IMG/VR virus record: IMGVR_UViG_3300005662_000113
Span: 1-35,181 of that record
Strand: one strand, 5' to 3'
Length of the DNA stretch: 35,181 nucleotides
Source: a virus
Taxonomy: Duplodnaviria; Caudoviricetes
In this document: positions 8,701-21,200 of the stretch, piece after piece
Layout of the letters: each line of letters opens with the position of its first letter
Numbering within the stretch: the first letter of the stretch is position 1
Position numbers and translations under genes: made by a program
The notes under the pieces: generated by a model
Told to the model about the DNA's origin: nothing
What the model saw: only the letters and a program-made list of their open reading frames with translations
Databases searched by the model: none

Positions 8701-9199
8701 AGCACCAAATAGTGACGGTCTTCGTATTAGTTTTGGTTCTAGTCTTGGAGAAATAAAATCTATCAGCGATGAGGTAATTTATCACCCTGTAAATTACAAA
8801 GTATTATTTGGTTCAACAGCTGACTATTCTTTACAGGCACAATTTAAAATTGTTAAAAATCCTAATAAAACAATCAACGACAATGATTTAAAAGTAAGAA
8901 TTATTTCAGCCATTAATGATTTCTTTGATGTTGCTAATTGGGACTTTGGAGATAGATTCTATCTCGGTGAATTAATCACATACATTACGAATGCAGTTAC
9001 TCCAGATCTAAGTAACTTAGTAATTGTTCCTAGACAGCCAACACAGACATTCGGTAGTCTGTTTGAAATTCAAAGTGCTAACGATGAAATTTTTGTCAGT
9101 GGTGCAACAGTAGATGATGTTGTTATTGTAACAGCAATCACTGCTAGCGAAATCCGCGTAGCTGCTTCAGCAGTTATATCATCAACTAATTTAGGGTAA
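5789..9199 (+). CDS. gp6: Baseplate wedge subunit, T4 gp6/baseplate J-like, enlarged (1136 aa)
   Basis: N-terminal YDFENLR...EDFNDYIESSE...ENFIELASRRESVLRIARMLSYNAKR and central ESVESIRTKAPAQYYTQNRMITAEDY are gp6 signatures. C-terminal INDFFDVANWDFGDRFYLGEL also fits. Confidence 0.88.
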   Translation: MTTTTRQTNLILNQDWTRIYQTFKNADFKSYDFENLRRVIITYLRENYPEDFNDYIESSEYLAIIDAVAFLGQSLAFRIDLASRENFIELASRRESVLRIARMLSYNAKRNIASKGLLKFDTVSTTENILDANGKNLARQIIQWNDSTNPNWKEQFNTILNAAMADNTEIGRSQGTATIQGIPTEQYRFRTTSRDIPIFSFNKNVAGRAMPFEMVSTAFKGSEEIYEEPPVPGNQLGFVYKSDGKGAASTNTGFFLMFKQGSLELADFSIAVPTTNEKVAIDADNINNSDVWLFKLAANGAQLDSWTQVSNLVGNNIAYNSIEKNIRNIYSISTKNSDRIDLIFADGVYGNLPQGPFRVYYRVSNGLSYSILPNEMRGINIEVPYVNKSGQGHILKISMSLKYTVSNSVPAESVESIRTKAPAQYYTQNRMITAEDYNLAPLASSQDILKVKAINRTSSGVSRNFDIIDASGKYSSVNVFADDGLIYKSESEKSLAFKTVSRIDTVNFVRRSIEPLFTDTGVYNFYFTKYDKILFTDTNTQWTQITNDVNESTGYFINAVDLTLQKVSSYTTNTLKYIASGAMIKFVPPAGKSFKRGELVVTDANDLDQTDRIWTKVIRVVGDGTNAGRGTLSTGKGPVTFNDAVPTGAIASRIIPKFVNNLPEALETQIVNLCAENKNFGLRFDVATASWKIITAPNIDLINAFALGKAGDTSNNNLDTSWIIAFIKEADEYQIRVRTLNYIFGSLEQNRFYFDVNQKIYDGKTGKTIKDQIRVLGINTMPNNPFALKQDLVFEVDDSIKFEDGYQSSEEIQIAFSDSDDDGVIDNADAFEQIVGADQDLNYLFFTEVVDTFGNIIYTYFDNSEDLILVRQSEDQININEFNDGQLIYFYDSAEDRVKRVDLASNSLILESGYRANLGRSGLKFQYVHNANVDRRIDPSVSNIVDVYLLTRSYDTEFRKFLGGGLVTKPEAPNSDGLRISFGSSLGEIKSISDEVIYHPVNYKVLFGSTADYSLQAQFKIVKNPNKTINDNDLKVRIISAINDFFDVANWDFGDRFYLGELITYITNAVTPDLSNLVIVPRQPTQTFGSLFEIQSANDEIFVSGATVDDVVIVTAITASEIRVAASAVISSTNLG

Positions 9200-9208
9200 T
9201 TGTAGAAA

Positions 9209-12200
9209 ATGGCAAATGAAATTTTCCCAGAGAGTAGGTTACCAATTCGCAGGACAGTAGATTTACTGCCACAAGTTTTTAAGACTGAAACTAACAGTAA
9301 ATTTATGGCCGGCGTAGTTGATCCGTTGGTCCAGCCCGGTGTTCTACAAAAGACCGTGGGTTATGTTGGCCGTAGATACGGAAAAACTTATAAAGGTTCT
9401 GATATCTATCTTGACAGTGATAATACTTTACGCAGCAGATATCAATTAGAGCCGGGTGTAATTCTATCAGATAATCGCGGAAACATTGAGAATTTTTACG
9501 ACTATATTGATTTTAAAAATCAACTAAGATTCTTCAACAATCTAAATGAGCGTGACGATTTAATTACCAGCCAAGACCATTATAGCTGGGATCCTCCTAT
9601 TGAATGGGATAAGTTTGTAAACTTCCGCGAGTATTACTGGGTGCCAAGCGGACCTCCAAGCGTTAAGGTTCTTGGCCAAGGCGATGCAATTACCAGTACC
9701 TACAGAGTTCGTCAAGGTACAACTTCAACATGGATTTTTTATCCAGATGGTGCTACGAACAATCCTACATTGACTTTGTATAGAGGACAGACTTACAATT
9801 TTGCAGTTAACAGCCCAAGAGAAGGATTCTATATTAGAACAGCTTTTGATACAGGCAGTTTAAAATATAATCCTTTCCTTCCTTATATCCCTAATCAGTT
9901 AGCTGTTTACGACGGAAAACTTTGGAGAGCATTAACATATGTTACTGCTAGTGTTGACGGTACAATAGTCGAAGGACCTGAGTGGGAAATTGTAGATGAA
10001 AATGTACAAACTTCAAAGTTTGATTATTTTAGCGGAGTAACAAATAACGGCGCCACAAACGGTACAGTTACTTTTGAAGTTCCGCTCGATGCTCCAGACA
10101 TTCTTTACTATCAGAGCGCAATTAATCCTGACAGATTTGGTCGCTTCTTAATTCAAGATATCGAAGAAAACACCAGCATCGATATCGATAAAGAAATTAT
10201 AGGCAAGCAAACTTATACCAGTAGTAATGGGGTAGAGTTTACCAATGGACTAGTTGTTCGCTTTGGTGGTAAGGTAACCCCTACAAAATATAAAAAAGAT
10301 AATTGGTTAGTAGAAAAAGTTGGCAGAGAAATTACCTTAATTAAATTTTCAGATCTAACAGTACCTGTAATCACAAGTCAAATTCCAGAAGTGATTTTTG
10401 ATAATACAGGCTTTGATACTGACCCGTTTGATGATGCTACTTCGTATCCTGGCGAAAAGGATTACATTGCAGTTTGTCGAGCCAGTATAGATGCAAATCC
10501 GTGGAGTCGATACAATCGTTGGTTTCATAAATCAACACTAGAACAAGCACACAAGTTAAACGGTACAGACTTTGAAGCAGGCGACAATTTTAGAGCTAAA
10601 CGCCCTATTATTGAATTTCGACCTAACATACAGTTGTTCAACCATGGCAGTGTAGCAAAGACACCTGTAGATTTTATTGATACATTTACAACCGATGTGT
10701 TTTCAACAATTGAAGGCAGTCAAGGATATAGCGTTGACGGAGAGTTTTTGTACCAGGGTGCTCGAGTTTTGTTTGTCGCAGACACAGACGAACTAGCCAA
10801 CAACAAAATTTATCAAGTTAATTTTATTACTCATAATAATGTTAGACAGATTACTTTGAGAGCAACTACCGACTCTGATCCTATTCTAGGTGAAGGTGTT
10901 TTAGTTAAAAGCGGTAATGCTAACAAAGGATTGATGTATCACTTTAACGGTACTAACTGGGTGCCAAGCCAAGCAAAAACCAAAGCTAATCAAGTACCAT
11001 TATTTGATCTATTTGATAAAAACGGTATTAGCTTTTCGGATGCAACAACATATCCTTCGTCAACATTTGTAGGATCGCCTATTGTAAGTTACAAAGTTGG
11101 TAATAGCATTGTTGACACTGAATTAGGATTTAGTCTTGATTACTTAAACATCGATAATGTTGGAGACATTTTATTCACATACAATCTTGATGGTGACAGT
11201 TTTAGTTATTCTATTGATCAATCAACAATAACAAAAAATTTAAACACAGGATTTTATAGATTCAATCCTCTAGACGAGTTTGCCAACGGCTGGGTTAAAT
11301 CAGATAGTGATTATCAACAACCAATTCTTGACAGCGTAGTTGTTACAGAAATAACAAATCAAGTTACACTAGCAACTGTAGACTGGACTGCATTTAGTAA
11401 TCTTCCGTCTACCGTGATATTTTATCTAAATGGACAAAGACATTTAGACAGTTATACTAGAGATAACGGAACATTTACCTTTGCTAATACATTTGCAGTA
11501 AACGATGTAGTTTCGATTAAAATTTATATTGACCTTGATCCTGACCAAGGGTATTATCAAATTCCACATGGATTAGAAAAGAATCCGCTGAACGACAATT
11601 TAACAGAATTTACACTAGGTCAAGCAATTGACCATTTGTCGTCTGCTATAGAAATTGAAACACAATTTTTTGGATCGTATCCAGGTAATAGCAATTTAAG
11701 AAATATCGATGGTTATCAAAATCGCTGTATGCGATTCCTAAAACACTCCGGCATTGCGCCGATGGCAGTATCTTTACTTTGCGATAAAAATATCAATATT
11801 GTAAAATCTATTCAACATTCGTTGAGAGCATACAGTAATTTTAAAAACGAATTCTTAAAACGAATTTCTGAGTTTACACCATTAGATAGCACAGTTGATT
11901 TCGTTGACGATGTTTTGGCAGCAATGACCATAACAAAAGACCAGTCAGATCCGTTTGCAGATAGCGACATGATTGGTAACGGCGCTCACGCTGATATTGA
12001 ATATCTAGTAGAAGATGAAGGCATAAAAGTTTTTGCATTGAGCGAAACTTTTAATCTTACAGAGTTGAGTCGTCGTGCAGTTTATGTATATCGTAACGGT
12101 AGTCAGTTAGTCCACGGTAGAGATTATACATTTGACAGTACTTTTGGTTTTGTTAGATTGAGTCTGACATTAACTGAAGGCGACCAAATAGTAATAAGAG

Positions 12201-15200
12201 AATATTCGTCAACCGCATTTAACTATATTCCGTCAACACCTACTAAGTTAGGACTGTATAAAAAGTATCTACCGCACATTTATCTAGATGATACTTTTGT
12301 AACCCCTCGATTAGTAATCCAAGGTCACGACGGTAGCATCACTGCGGCTTATAATGATTATAGAGACGATGCAATTCTAGAATTAGAATTAAGAATTTAC
12401 AACAACATTAAGCAAGAATATAACGAAAATATTTTTAATATTGATACAGTGTTTGGCGGCTATTACGGTAATGCTCTGTATTCTAAATCAGAATTAGATG
12501 CTGTTGTTATGCAAGATTTCTTGCGCTGGGTATCTAACACTGATATTGATTACACTACTAACGATCAATATTTTGATTCTCAAAATAGTTTTACCTATAC
12601 CTACAGTAACATGACAGATCCAACCAAGCAACAGAGCTTGCCTGGTTATTGGAGAGGAGTCTATCAGTGGTTCTATGATACAGACCGCCCACATGTTTGC
12701 CCATGGGAAATGTTAGGATTTAGTGAAAAACCAACATGGTGGGAAAGTGAGTACGGTCCAGCACCTTATACAAGAGGCAATGCAATTCTTTGGGAAGACA
12801 TTCGTGACGGTATTATTCGTCAAGGCGCCCGAGCCGGAACACACGATAGATATGCAAGACCTAGTATCTTAGATCATATTCCTACAGACAATGACGGCCG
12901 CTTACTAAGCCCGTTAGATTCTGGAGTTGCTAACGACTTTACTCTAATCAACAATCAAGGTGATTACAGACCTGGAGATGTTAGCCCAGTAGAAGCGGCC
13001 TGGAGATCTAGCAGTGAATGGCCATTCTCGGTAATGGTTGCACTTTGTCTCTTGAAGCCTTTTGAATTTATTACAGATAGCTTTGATAGATCTAGAATGT
13101 CAGTTAATCAACTTGGACAAACTGTGTCTGCAGGATCTGAAGTATTTTCAAAGATTTCTGATTTGTTAGTTCCTGTAGTAGGCGGAACACAGTTATCTGG
13201 ATTAGTAACATTTGTCTCTAGTTATGTTCGTAGTAAAAATCTAGATCCGCAAGTTTTGTTAACACGACTAAACAATCTAGATGTTAAAATTTCTACAAGA
13301 ATGTCTGGCTTTGTTGATCAGACAGAACAGAAATATTTGCTCGATAGCAAGAATCCAAGTTCTACTTCTAGTAGCATCTATGTTCCAAATGAAAATTACG
13401 ATGTGATTTTTAATGTTGGCGTTCCTATGATTGGCATTGCTTACAGCGGAGTATTAATTGAAAAACTAGCCGAGGGCTGGAAAGTCAAAGGCTACGATAA
13501 CCAACAGCCATACTTTAACTATTTTAAACCGATTGCCAGCAGTAGCGATCCGTTGACATCGGTTGGCGGAACAAGTGCATCTTTCTTAGATTGGGCTGCT
13601 GATAAAGTCTACAGTAATGGGGACATCGTAAGAAGCCAAAATATTTTCTATCGTGCATTGAAGTCACATACAAGTACTGGCGTATTTGACAAAACTCTTT
13701 GGAAAACTTTACCTAAGTTGCCAGTAGTTGGCGGAGTTGAAGCCTATTTTAGAAAAACATTCAGTCAATTAAAACCAACACAGTTATACTACGGAACAGT
13801 TATTACTACCATTCAAGGCGTAGTAGATTTCTTATTAGGTTATCAAGCCTATTTGAAAACACAGGGATTCAGTTTTGATCGATACGATTCTGAAAATCAA
13901 GTCGCCTATAACTGGCAGACCAGCTGCAAGGAATTCTTGTTCTGGACTAAGCACAACTGGGCAGTTGGATCGTTATTAACACTAAGTCCGAGCGCCGGCC
14001 AGATAGATATGCAAATTCCGTTAGGCGTTGCTGACAGTTTGTTTGACAGCTTTTATGATTATCAAATATTCAAAAGCGACGGCACCCCGTTATTGCCTAT
14101 TTTCTTGAATGTTAATAGAGACTTCCAGTCGGTGAAAGTAAGCACAACAAATACCAATGAAGGTATCTACTTCATTAAAGTCTATTTCGTTCTTAAAGAG
14201 CATGTTACTGTGTTTGATGATCGTACAGTGTTCAACGATGTTATCTATGACAAGACTACTGGATATCGCCAAGAGCGTATCAAGAGTAGAGGCTTCCGTA
14301 CTGTGGATTGGGACGGAGACTATACCAGCCCCGGCTTCTTGTTTGACAATGTTAATATTCAGTTATGGAGTCCGTATACTGATTACCGCCTAGGCGACAT
14401 TGTTTCTTACAAATCTTATAATTGGGTCAGCAAACAAAATCAGCAAGGCGCTGAATTGTTTGACACAACAACTTGGGAAAAGTTAGATACCACTCCAACT
14501 AAAGGCCTAGTTGCAAACTTTGATTATAGAATTAATCAGTTTGAAGATTACTACGATGTTGACGCTGACGGATTAGGTAGCAGCCAACGAGATTTGAGTC
14601 GTCATGTTATTGGATATCAAACACGAGAGTATCTACAAAACATGGCCGAAGATGCAGTAAGCCAGTTTAAGTTGTATCAAGGTTTCATCCGTGAAAAAGG
14701 TACAGCAAATGCTATCACTAAAGTCTTTGATAAACTAAGTCGAACAAATACAGGAAGCATTGAACTAAATGAAGAATGGGCGTTCCGTGTGGGGCGTCTT
14801 GGCGGTACTAATCAGTTTAACGAAACTGAATTTAGAATCTTAAAAAATGATTTTAAAATCAATCCGCAACCAGTGATAATTGCTCCTACTGAGTCTACTA
14901 CAGATGTATTAGATCTCTATATGCGTGTGCCTGAAAAGAATTTTACAATTGCACCAAATCCTTTCTCGGCAAATATCAACCCAGTTAAGAAATACAAATT
15001 AACTCCTAGAACAGCAGGATATGTAAATTCCTTTGATGTTGACTTTGCTGTTAAAACCTATGACGATATTCTAACTTTAAATATTGCAGACTTTGAAGAA
15101 AACTCGCATGTATGGATCACATTCTATAACAATTCATGGACTGTGTTAAGATACAACATTTCTAAATTGTTGTTAGTTACTGATGTTAATGTAGTTAAGA

Positions 15201-18200
15201 CACGAGTTGAGATAGTGTTGGGTAGAACACACGGTTTATCAGTTGGTGATATATTTGGTATTAGAAACATTGAGAATCTAGAAGGATTTTTCAAAATCAC
15301 AGAAATACCAGATAGAAAAACTATTGTATTTCAAATTAGCAAAGATGCTAAAGAACCGAAGTGGGATTCGAGTACAGTTATTAATTTAGAATTATTCAGT
15401 TCAGCAAGATTTAATGATTATCAATCTGTAGACCTTAATAATGCAGCAGCATTAACTAGTGGTGCTAAATTCTGGATAGACAGTAATTCCTCAGGAAACT
15501 GGGAAGTCTCCGAAAAGCAACAGCTATTTTCAGCAACTGAAATTGCACAATATGGAGCAACTGCCCCGTTGTCTAACGGACAATCTGTATTGTATATTGA
15601 CATTTTGACACAGATAGTTTCCTCAATGCCTGCTAACAACTTAGTTGTTTCCTACCTCGAAAGAGAAGAAGGGTTAAAACCATTTCAAACTTTTGTAAGA
15701 CCAAATAGTATTAGCGCGGCTGCTGACGGAGTATTTGGAGAAAGTCTAGCAGTGAGTCCTGACGGTAAGTGGCTAGCAATTGGTAGCCCAAGAGCAACTG
15801 GAGTTCGATCAGACTACCAAGAAGTTTATAACAGTGATCTAGATTATTTCCAAGGTGACATAGTTTTACACAAGGGAAAACTATGGAGAGCTAAAGTTGA
15901 TATCTATGCACAAGATTATACAGGAATTGACAGCACTCGAGTTGGCGCAGACAGTACCCTTGCTAGAATAGATACTACCATGGAAGATTGGGAGCCAGTG
16001 TTAGTAGTCACAGCTAACCAACAAGGTTCAAACACCGGTTACCTAGAACAAGGCGCAGTATCATTATATGAGTGGAGTGGTCAAACTTGGGTCGAACGCT
16101 ACAGTTTTGTTAGCCCAAGACAAAATGCCGGCGAACAGTTCGGCTCTAAAATAACCATTGGTGTTGACTCTGGAAATTATTATATGGCTATTTCTGCGCC
16201 CGGCGCAGAAGGTAATAAGGGTAGAGTTTACCTATACAAGTATGCTCCTTTAACTGTAGATACTTCGGAAACAATTACATATAAAGTAACAGTAGCACCA
16301 CCACAAGGAGTAGATACAGGATACAAGTATTATATTAATGAGCAGTACAGACCTAACTTATCTTTACTAGTTGGCAACACTTACATATTTGATCAAACTG
16401 ATCCTAGTAATGTTTATTATCCTAATCCTGTAAACGGTACTGTAACTAACAAGCACCCACTTAATTTCTCTGCAGATAATATTAGCGGAGCATTAGCTGG
16501 CGGAACATTATATACTACAGGTGTAACTTATCTACTTGATAACCGCAAGGTTACTCAAGCGCAATATATTGCAGGCTTCACAACAGCTACAACTAGAAAA
16601 GTTCAAATTGTTGTAACAGAAAATACCAGCAGCATCTTATATTATTATTCTTCATATACTCAAAACATGGGTAATTCTATAATTAGAAAGTATCCTAACA
16701 TTGCCAAAGAATGGCAGCTGATCGAAAATCAAAATTTCAAAGGCGTCTACGACAATACCGGAGCTAGATTCTACGAAGTAGGAGCAATTGTTTGGTATAA
16801 CAATGCACTATGGCAGTCGCTAGAAGATCAAACAGGTGACGGTAGTACAATTTCTATCAACTCAAATCAATGGTCTCGATTAGATCCTATTTCGACTCAA
16901 AGCTCATTGCCTACAAACATCTCTCTTGAAGATGATAGTACAGATCCCACAGTTGGCATGTTGTCAGCTGATCAAGTTGCTGAATTAGTTAAAGACGGCG
17001 ACAGATTTGGAACCAGCATGGCAATGAGTCGCGATGGCATGACATTAGTTGTAGGCTGTCCTAACAGCGACGGACAATATTTTGTCAACTACAAAGGAGT
17101 TTGGAATAGCTATCAGCCATACACAGTTGGCGATGTAGTCAAATGGACAAACAACTATTATAGATTAAGCACAGCAACCTCAACAGGCGCTAATCCAGTT
17201 TCTGGAACTCCGTGGTCGCTAGTTGAAGCAGTATCAGACACTGCATCTGGAAAAATCTATATTTACAAAATGAATGCCTATGGTTTCTATGGATTAATGC
17301 AGACTATTAATGCAGGCAGCTTGCCGGATGTTAGTGACCTTGCTCCTACAGAAATAATCAACTCTGGGGATTTGTTTGGATTTGCTATAGATATTGATAA
17401 CTCTGGAAATACAATCGCTATTTCTAGTCCGCAAGCAGATATTGATCTACAAAATCAAGGCAGTGTTTATGTTTTTAAATATGACACTGACTCAACTATT
17501 CCGGAATATCGCCTAAAACAAAAACTTCAAAGTTATGAAGTTTATAATAACGAATTATTTGGATTTAGTGTTTCTATCAGCGAGCGAGGTGAGCGTGTGG
17601 TAGTCGGAGCAAAGAACACTCCCTATAAATTATCAACACGATTTGATTTATCGACTAAAACAAGATTCGATGGCGGCAGAACAACATTCTCAGAAGACCA
17701 AGGCTACCCCGGACAAGTATATGTCTTTGAACTAAAAGATCAAACATACATACTTTCTGAAAAGCTCGAAGCTGATCTATTAGACAACGAAGGATTTGGA
17801 TACTCTCTAGACAGCACATCCTCTGTAATCGTAACAGGGTCGCCTAATTATGCGCCAACTGGTACAAAGACCGGAATGACTAGAATATTTAGAAAAGATG
17901 TTACCAAAGACAGCTTTGCAATTCTTGCTGAAGAAAAACCAATGGTGAACATTGATCTTCTAAAGAGTGTTGCACTTTATGATGACGAAAACTATTTAAA
18001 GATAGCAGACCTAGATATCATCGATGTAAACAAATTAAAAATTCTTGGTCGTGCAGAACAAGAAATTAAATTTAAAACATTGTACGACCCGGCTACCTAC
18101 ACTAACGGTACAGACGAAGTTACTGTTGACGAAGACCAAGCATGGTTTGAAAAGAATGTTGGAGTTATTTGGTGGAACATTAGCACAGCTAAGTGGGCAC

Positions 18201-21200
18201 ATTATGAGCAAGGCGATATTGCCTACCGTGCCGGTAACTGGAATCAATTAGCCCCGGGTGCAAGTATAGATATTTGCGAGTGGGTTGAAAGTTCTATGGC
18301 TCCAGCAGACTGGGCAAAACTAGCAGACACTACAGACGGATTGTCGGCGGGTATTTCTGGACAACCATTGTACGGAAACCAAGCATATTCTATCAAGAGA
18401 TTTATTAATCCTAATACAGGCCTATCATATGGGACAAGGTATTATTTCTGGGTTAAAAACAAAACAATTACTCCGACAGGTGTTGCCGGTAGAAATATTT
18501 CTGCAGCCAGTGTTGCAACATTAATCGAAAACCCGTCAAGTGATGGAACTCCGTTACTTGCAATTATAGACTCTGATAAATTCCTAACTTATAATTTAAG
18601 TTCGGTTATTACTGGTGATTCTGCGTTAATAAACATTGAGTACTATCACTCAGAACGCAGACCTAACGCAACACATACTGAATATCAGTTATTGACAGAA
18701 GGCATCGCAGACAGTTTACCAAGCGATCCTCTTGAGCAGAAATGGATTGACAGCCTAGTTGGATTTAATCAAGCAGGAAACCCTGTACCTGATCCTACCC
18801 TATTACCTAAGCAGCGTTACGGACTAGCCTTTAGACCTATACAAACTATGTTTGTTGATCGAGGAACTGCACTAAAGATTGTTATTGATAGAAGCAATGA
18901 CATATTGGCGACACGACCATTTGCAGACCTAATTGATTTTGAAAACCTAAATAAGATTGAAGCAATTCCTAACGAAACACTAAACCTTTACGATTTAACA
19001 GTAGATACATTTGCTGAATTGTCCGAAGTTGGTATTGTTAGAATTAGTCCAGCTGTGCTAAGTGCAAATATTGTTGATGGTGAAATTGACACCATTGATA
19101 TTATCGATCCAGGCTTTGGATATCGTACAGCTCCTCCGGTAAAAATTGTTGGAGACGGAATGGGAGCTAAAGCTACAGTTACCCTTGATCTGCAAGGTAG
19201 AATCACAGCAATTACAGTAATTCAGAAAGGTAGAAAATATACCATTGCTGACATATCTGTAAGAAACTTCTCAGTATTGGTTAAGAACGATATAACTTAT
19301 AACAACTACTGGTCTATCTATTTCTGGGATAGTGTTAGAGAAGGATTCTTCAAGAGCACTGTGCAGTCTTATGATACTACCAAGTACTGGAGCTATATTG
19401 ATTGGTATGCTACAGGTTACAGCTCAGTGACTCGAATTGCAAAAGAAATATTAGATCTCTACCTCGAGCCTACTATTAAAGTAGCAGTTGGCAATATTAT
19501 TAAAATTAAAGAATATGCAAACGGTGGCTGGGCACTCCTAGAAAGAGTCACAGACGGAACTGGTGATATTCTTGGCAACTATATTTTAGTTGGGCGCGAA
19601 AACGGCACAATTAAAATTAATGAATCAATTTATAATGTTAAAGTCTATGACTATGAAACATCCTATGACGAAGTTACCTACGACAATCAACCAACTCAAG
19701 AATTAAGATTTATTTTTGCTGCTCTAAAAGAAAATATTTTTATAGATGATCTAAGAGCAGAGTGGAACAAGTTATTCTTTGCTAGTATCCGTTACATATT
19801 CTCAGAACAGCTATATGTTGATTGGGCATTTAAGACCAGCTTCTTAAACGCTATTCACAACATCGGCGATTTAGAACAGAAGACAAATTATAAGAACGAC
19901 AACCTTGCTAGTTTTCAAAATTATCTAGAAGAAGTAAAACCATTTAGAACAACAATTAGAGAATACACCAGCAGGTATACTGATATTGATCGTCAAGGAG
20001 CAGCGATAACTGATTTTGATGTTCCGCCAGCTTATGATGTTAGAGAAGGGCAGATTCTTCCAGTACTGGAAAATTCTAATGTTATTGATACCTATCCTCA
20101 CAAATGGTGGAAAGACAATCACACTTATTCTATCACAGACATTGTTATTTCATACGAGGGTGCAGACTATAAAGATGCTCCTAAGGTTGTTATTACAGGT
20201 GACGGTACCGGAGCCACAGCCCAAGCATTTATTGCTAACGGTGTAGTTTCTGGAATTAAGATGTTAACTAACGGTACCGGCTACACTACTGCATCGGTGA
20301 GTATTGTTGGCGGCAACGGTACATCTACTAGTATTGCAAAAGCTGTAGCAATCATTGGCGATAGCAAAACAAGAACTTTTGATCTAACAGTTAAATTTGA
20401 TAGAATTACTAAAGAAGGCACTTACCAAGAATACTCATACATTCAAGAGTTTATTGCCGACGGGTTTACATCGATATTTGAATTAAATTATCCTCCAACA
20501 AGAGATAAGACAAAAATTGCAGTAACTATCAATGACGAAGTTATATTAGATAGTGCATATGAAATTACATTTTATAAATCAAGCACAGACGAATATAGTT
20601 TGTTAAGAGGCAAATTAAAACTATTATCGTTACCAGCTTCAGGCGATGATATCATAATTGTCTATGAAAAAGCTGATGAAATATTAGAAGCGGTTGATAG
20701 AATCAACAAGTATTATAGTCCAACAAGAGGTATGATTGGTAAAGAAATCAATCAGCTAATGACAGGTGTTGACTTTGGTGGAGTACAAATTCAAGGTACA
20801 ACATTTGATGTTTCTGGCGGATGGGATGCACTTCCGTGGTTCACTGATACTTGGGATTCAGTAGAAGCCAATTCTGACTTTTATTATGTAGTTGATACAC
20901 AGCCTTATACTTTGACCGGTTTAGACAGTCGATCACTAACTTGGAAAGCAGGATCCGTCGTTCAGTACGGAAATAAGCAGTACCGTGCAGTAATTGACAA
21001 CAATGACAAACCACCAGTTGAATTCCCAGATGTATGGGAAGAATTAACAATTCTGCTACCGTTTACTCCTGCAATAGGACAACAGTTATCTGTTTATCTG
21101 AAGCGCACTGGACTAGGTTCTCCTAGAAGTATCGATACATTAGACTCCGCTGGCGCACCAGTTGTGGTCTATGATCCGGGAGTTGAAGAATCTCGAACTA

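Noticed and set aside
86-9199. Bacterial T6SS, eCIS or tailocin locus rather than a phage
   Set aside because: Hub and spike are separate genes, gp6 is T4-type, there are multiple phage fibres and TAAATA motifs, and no Tss membrane complex or AAA ATPase. Capsid genes are outside the window, so the phage call is strong but indirect.
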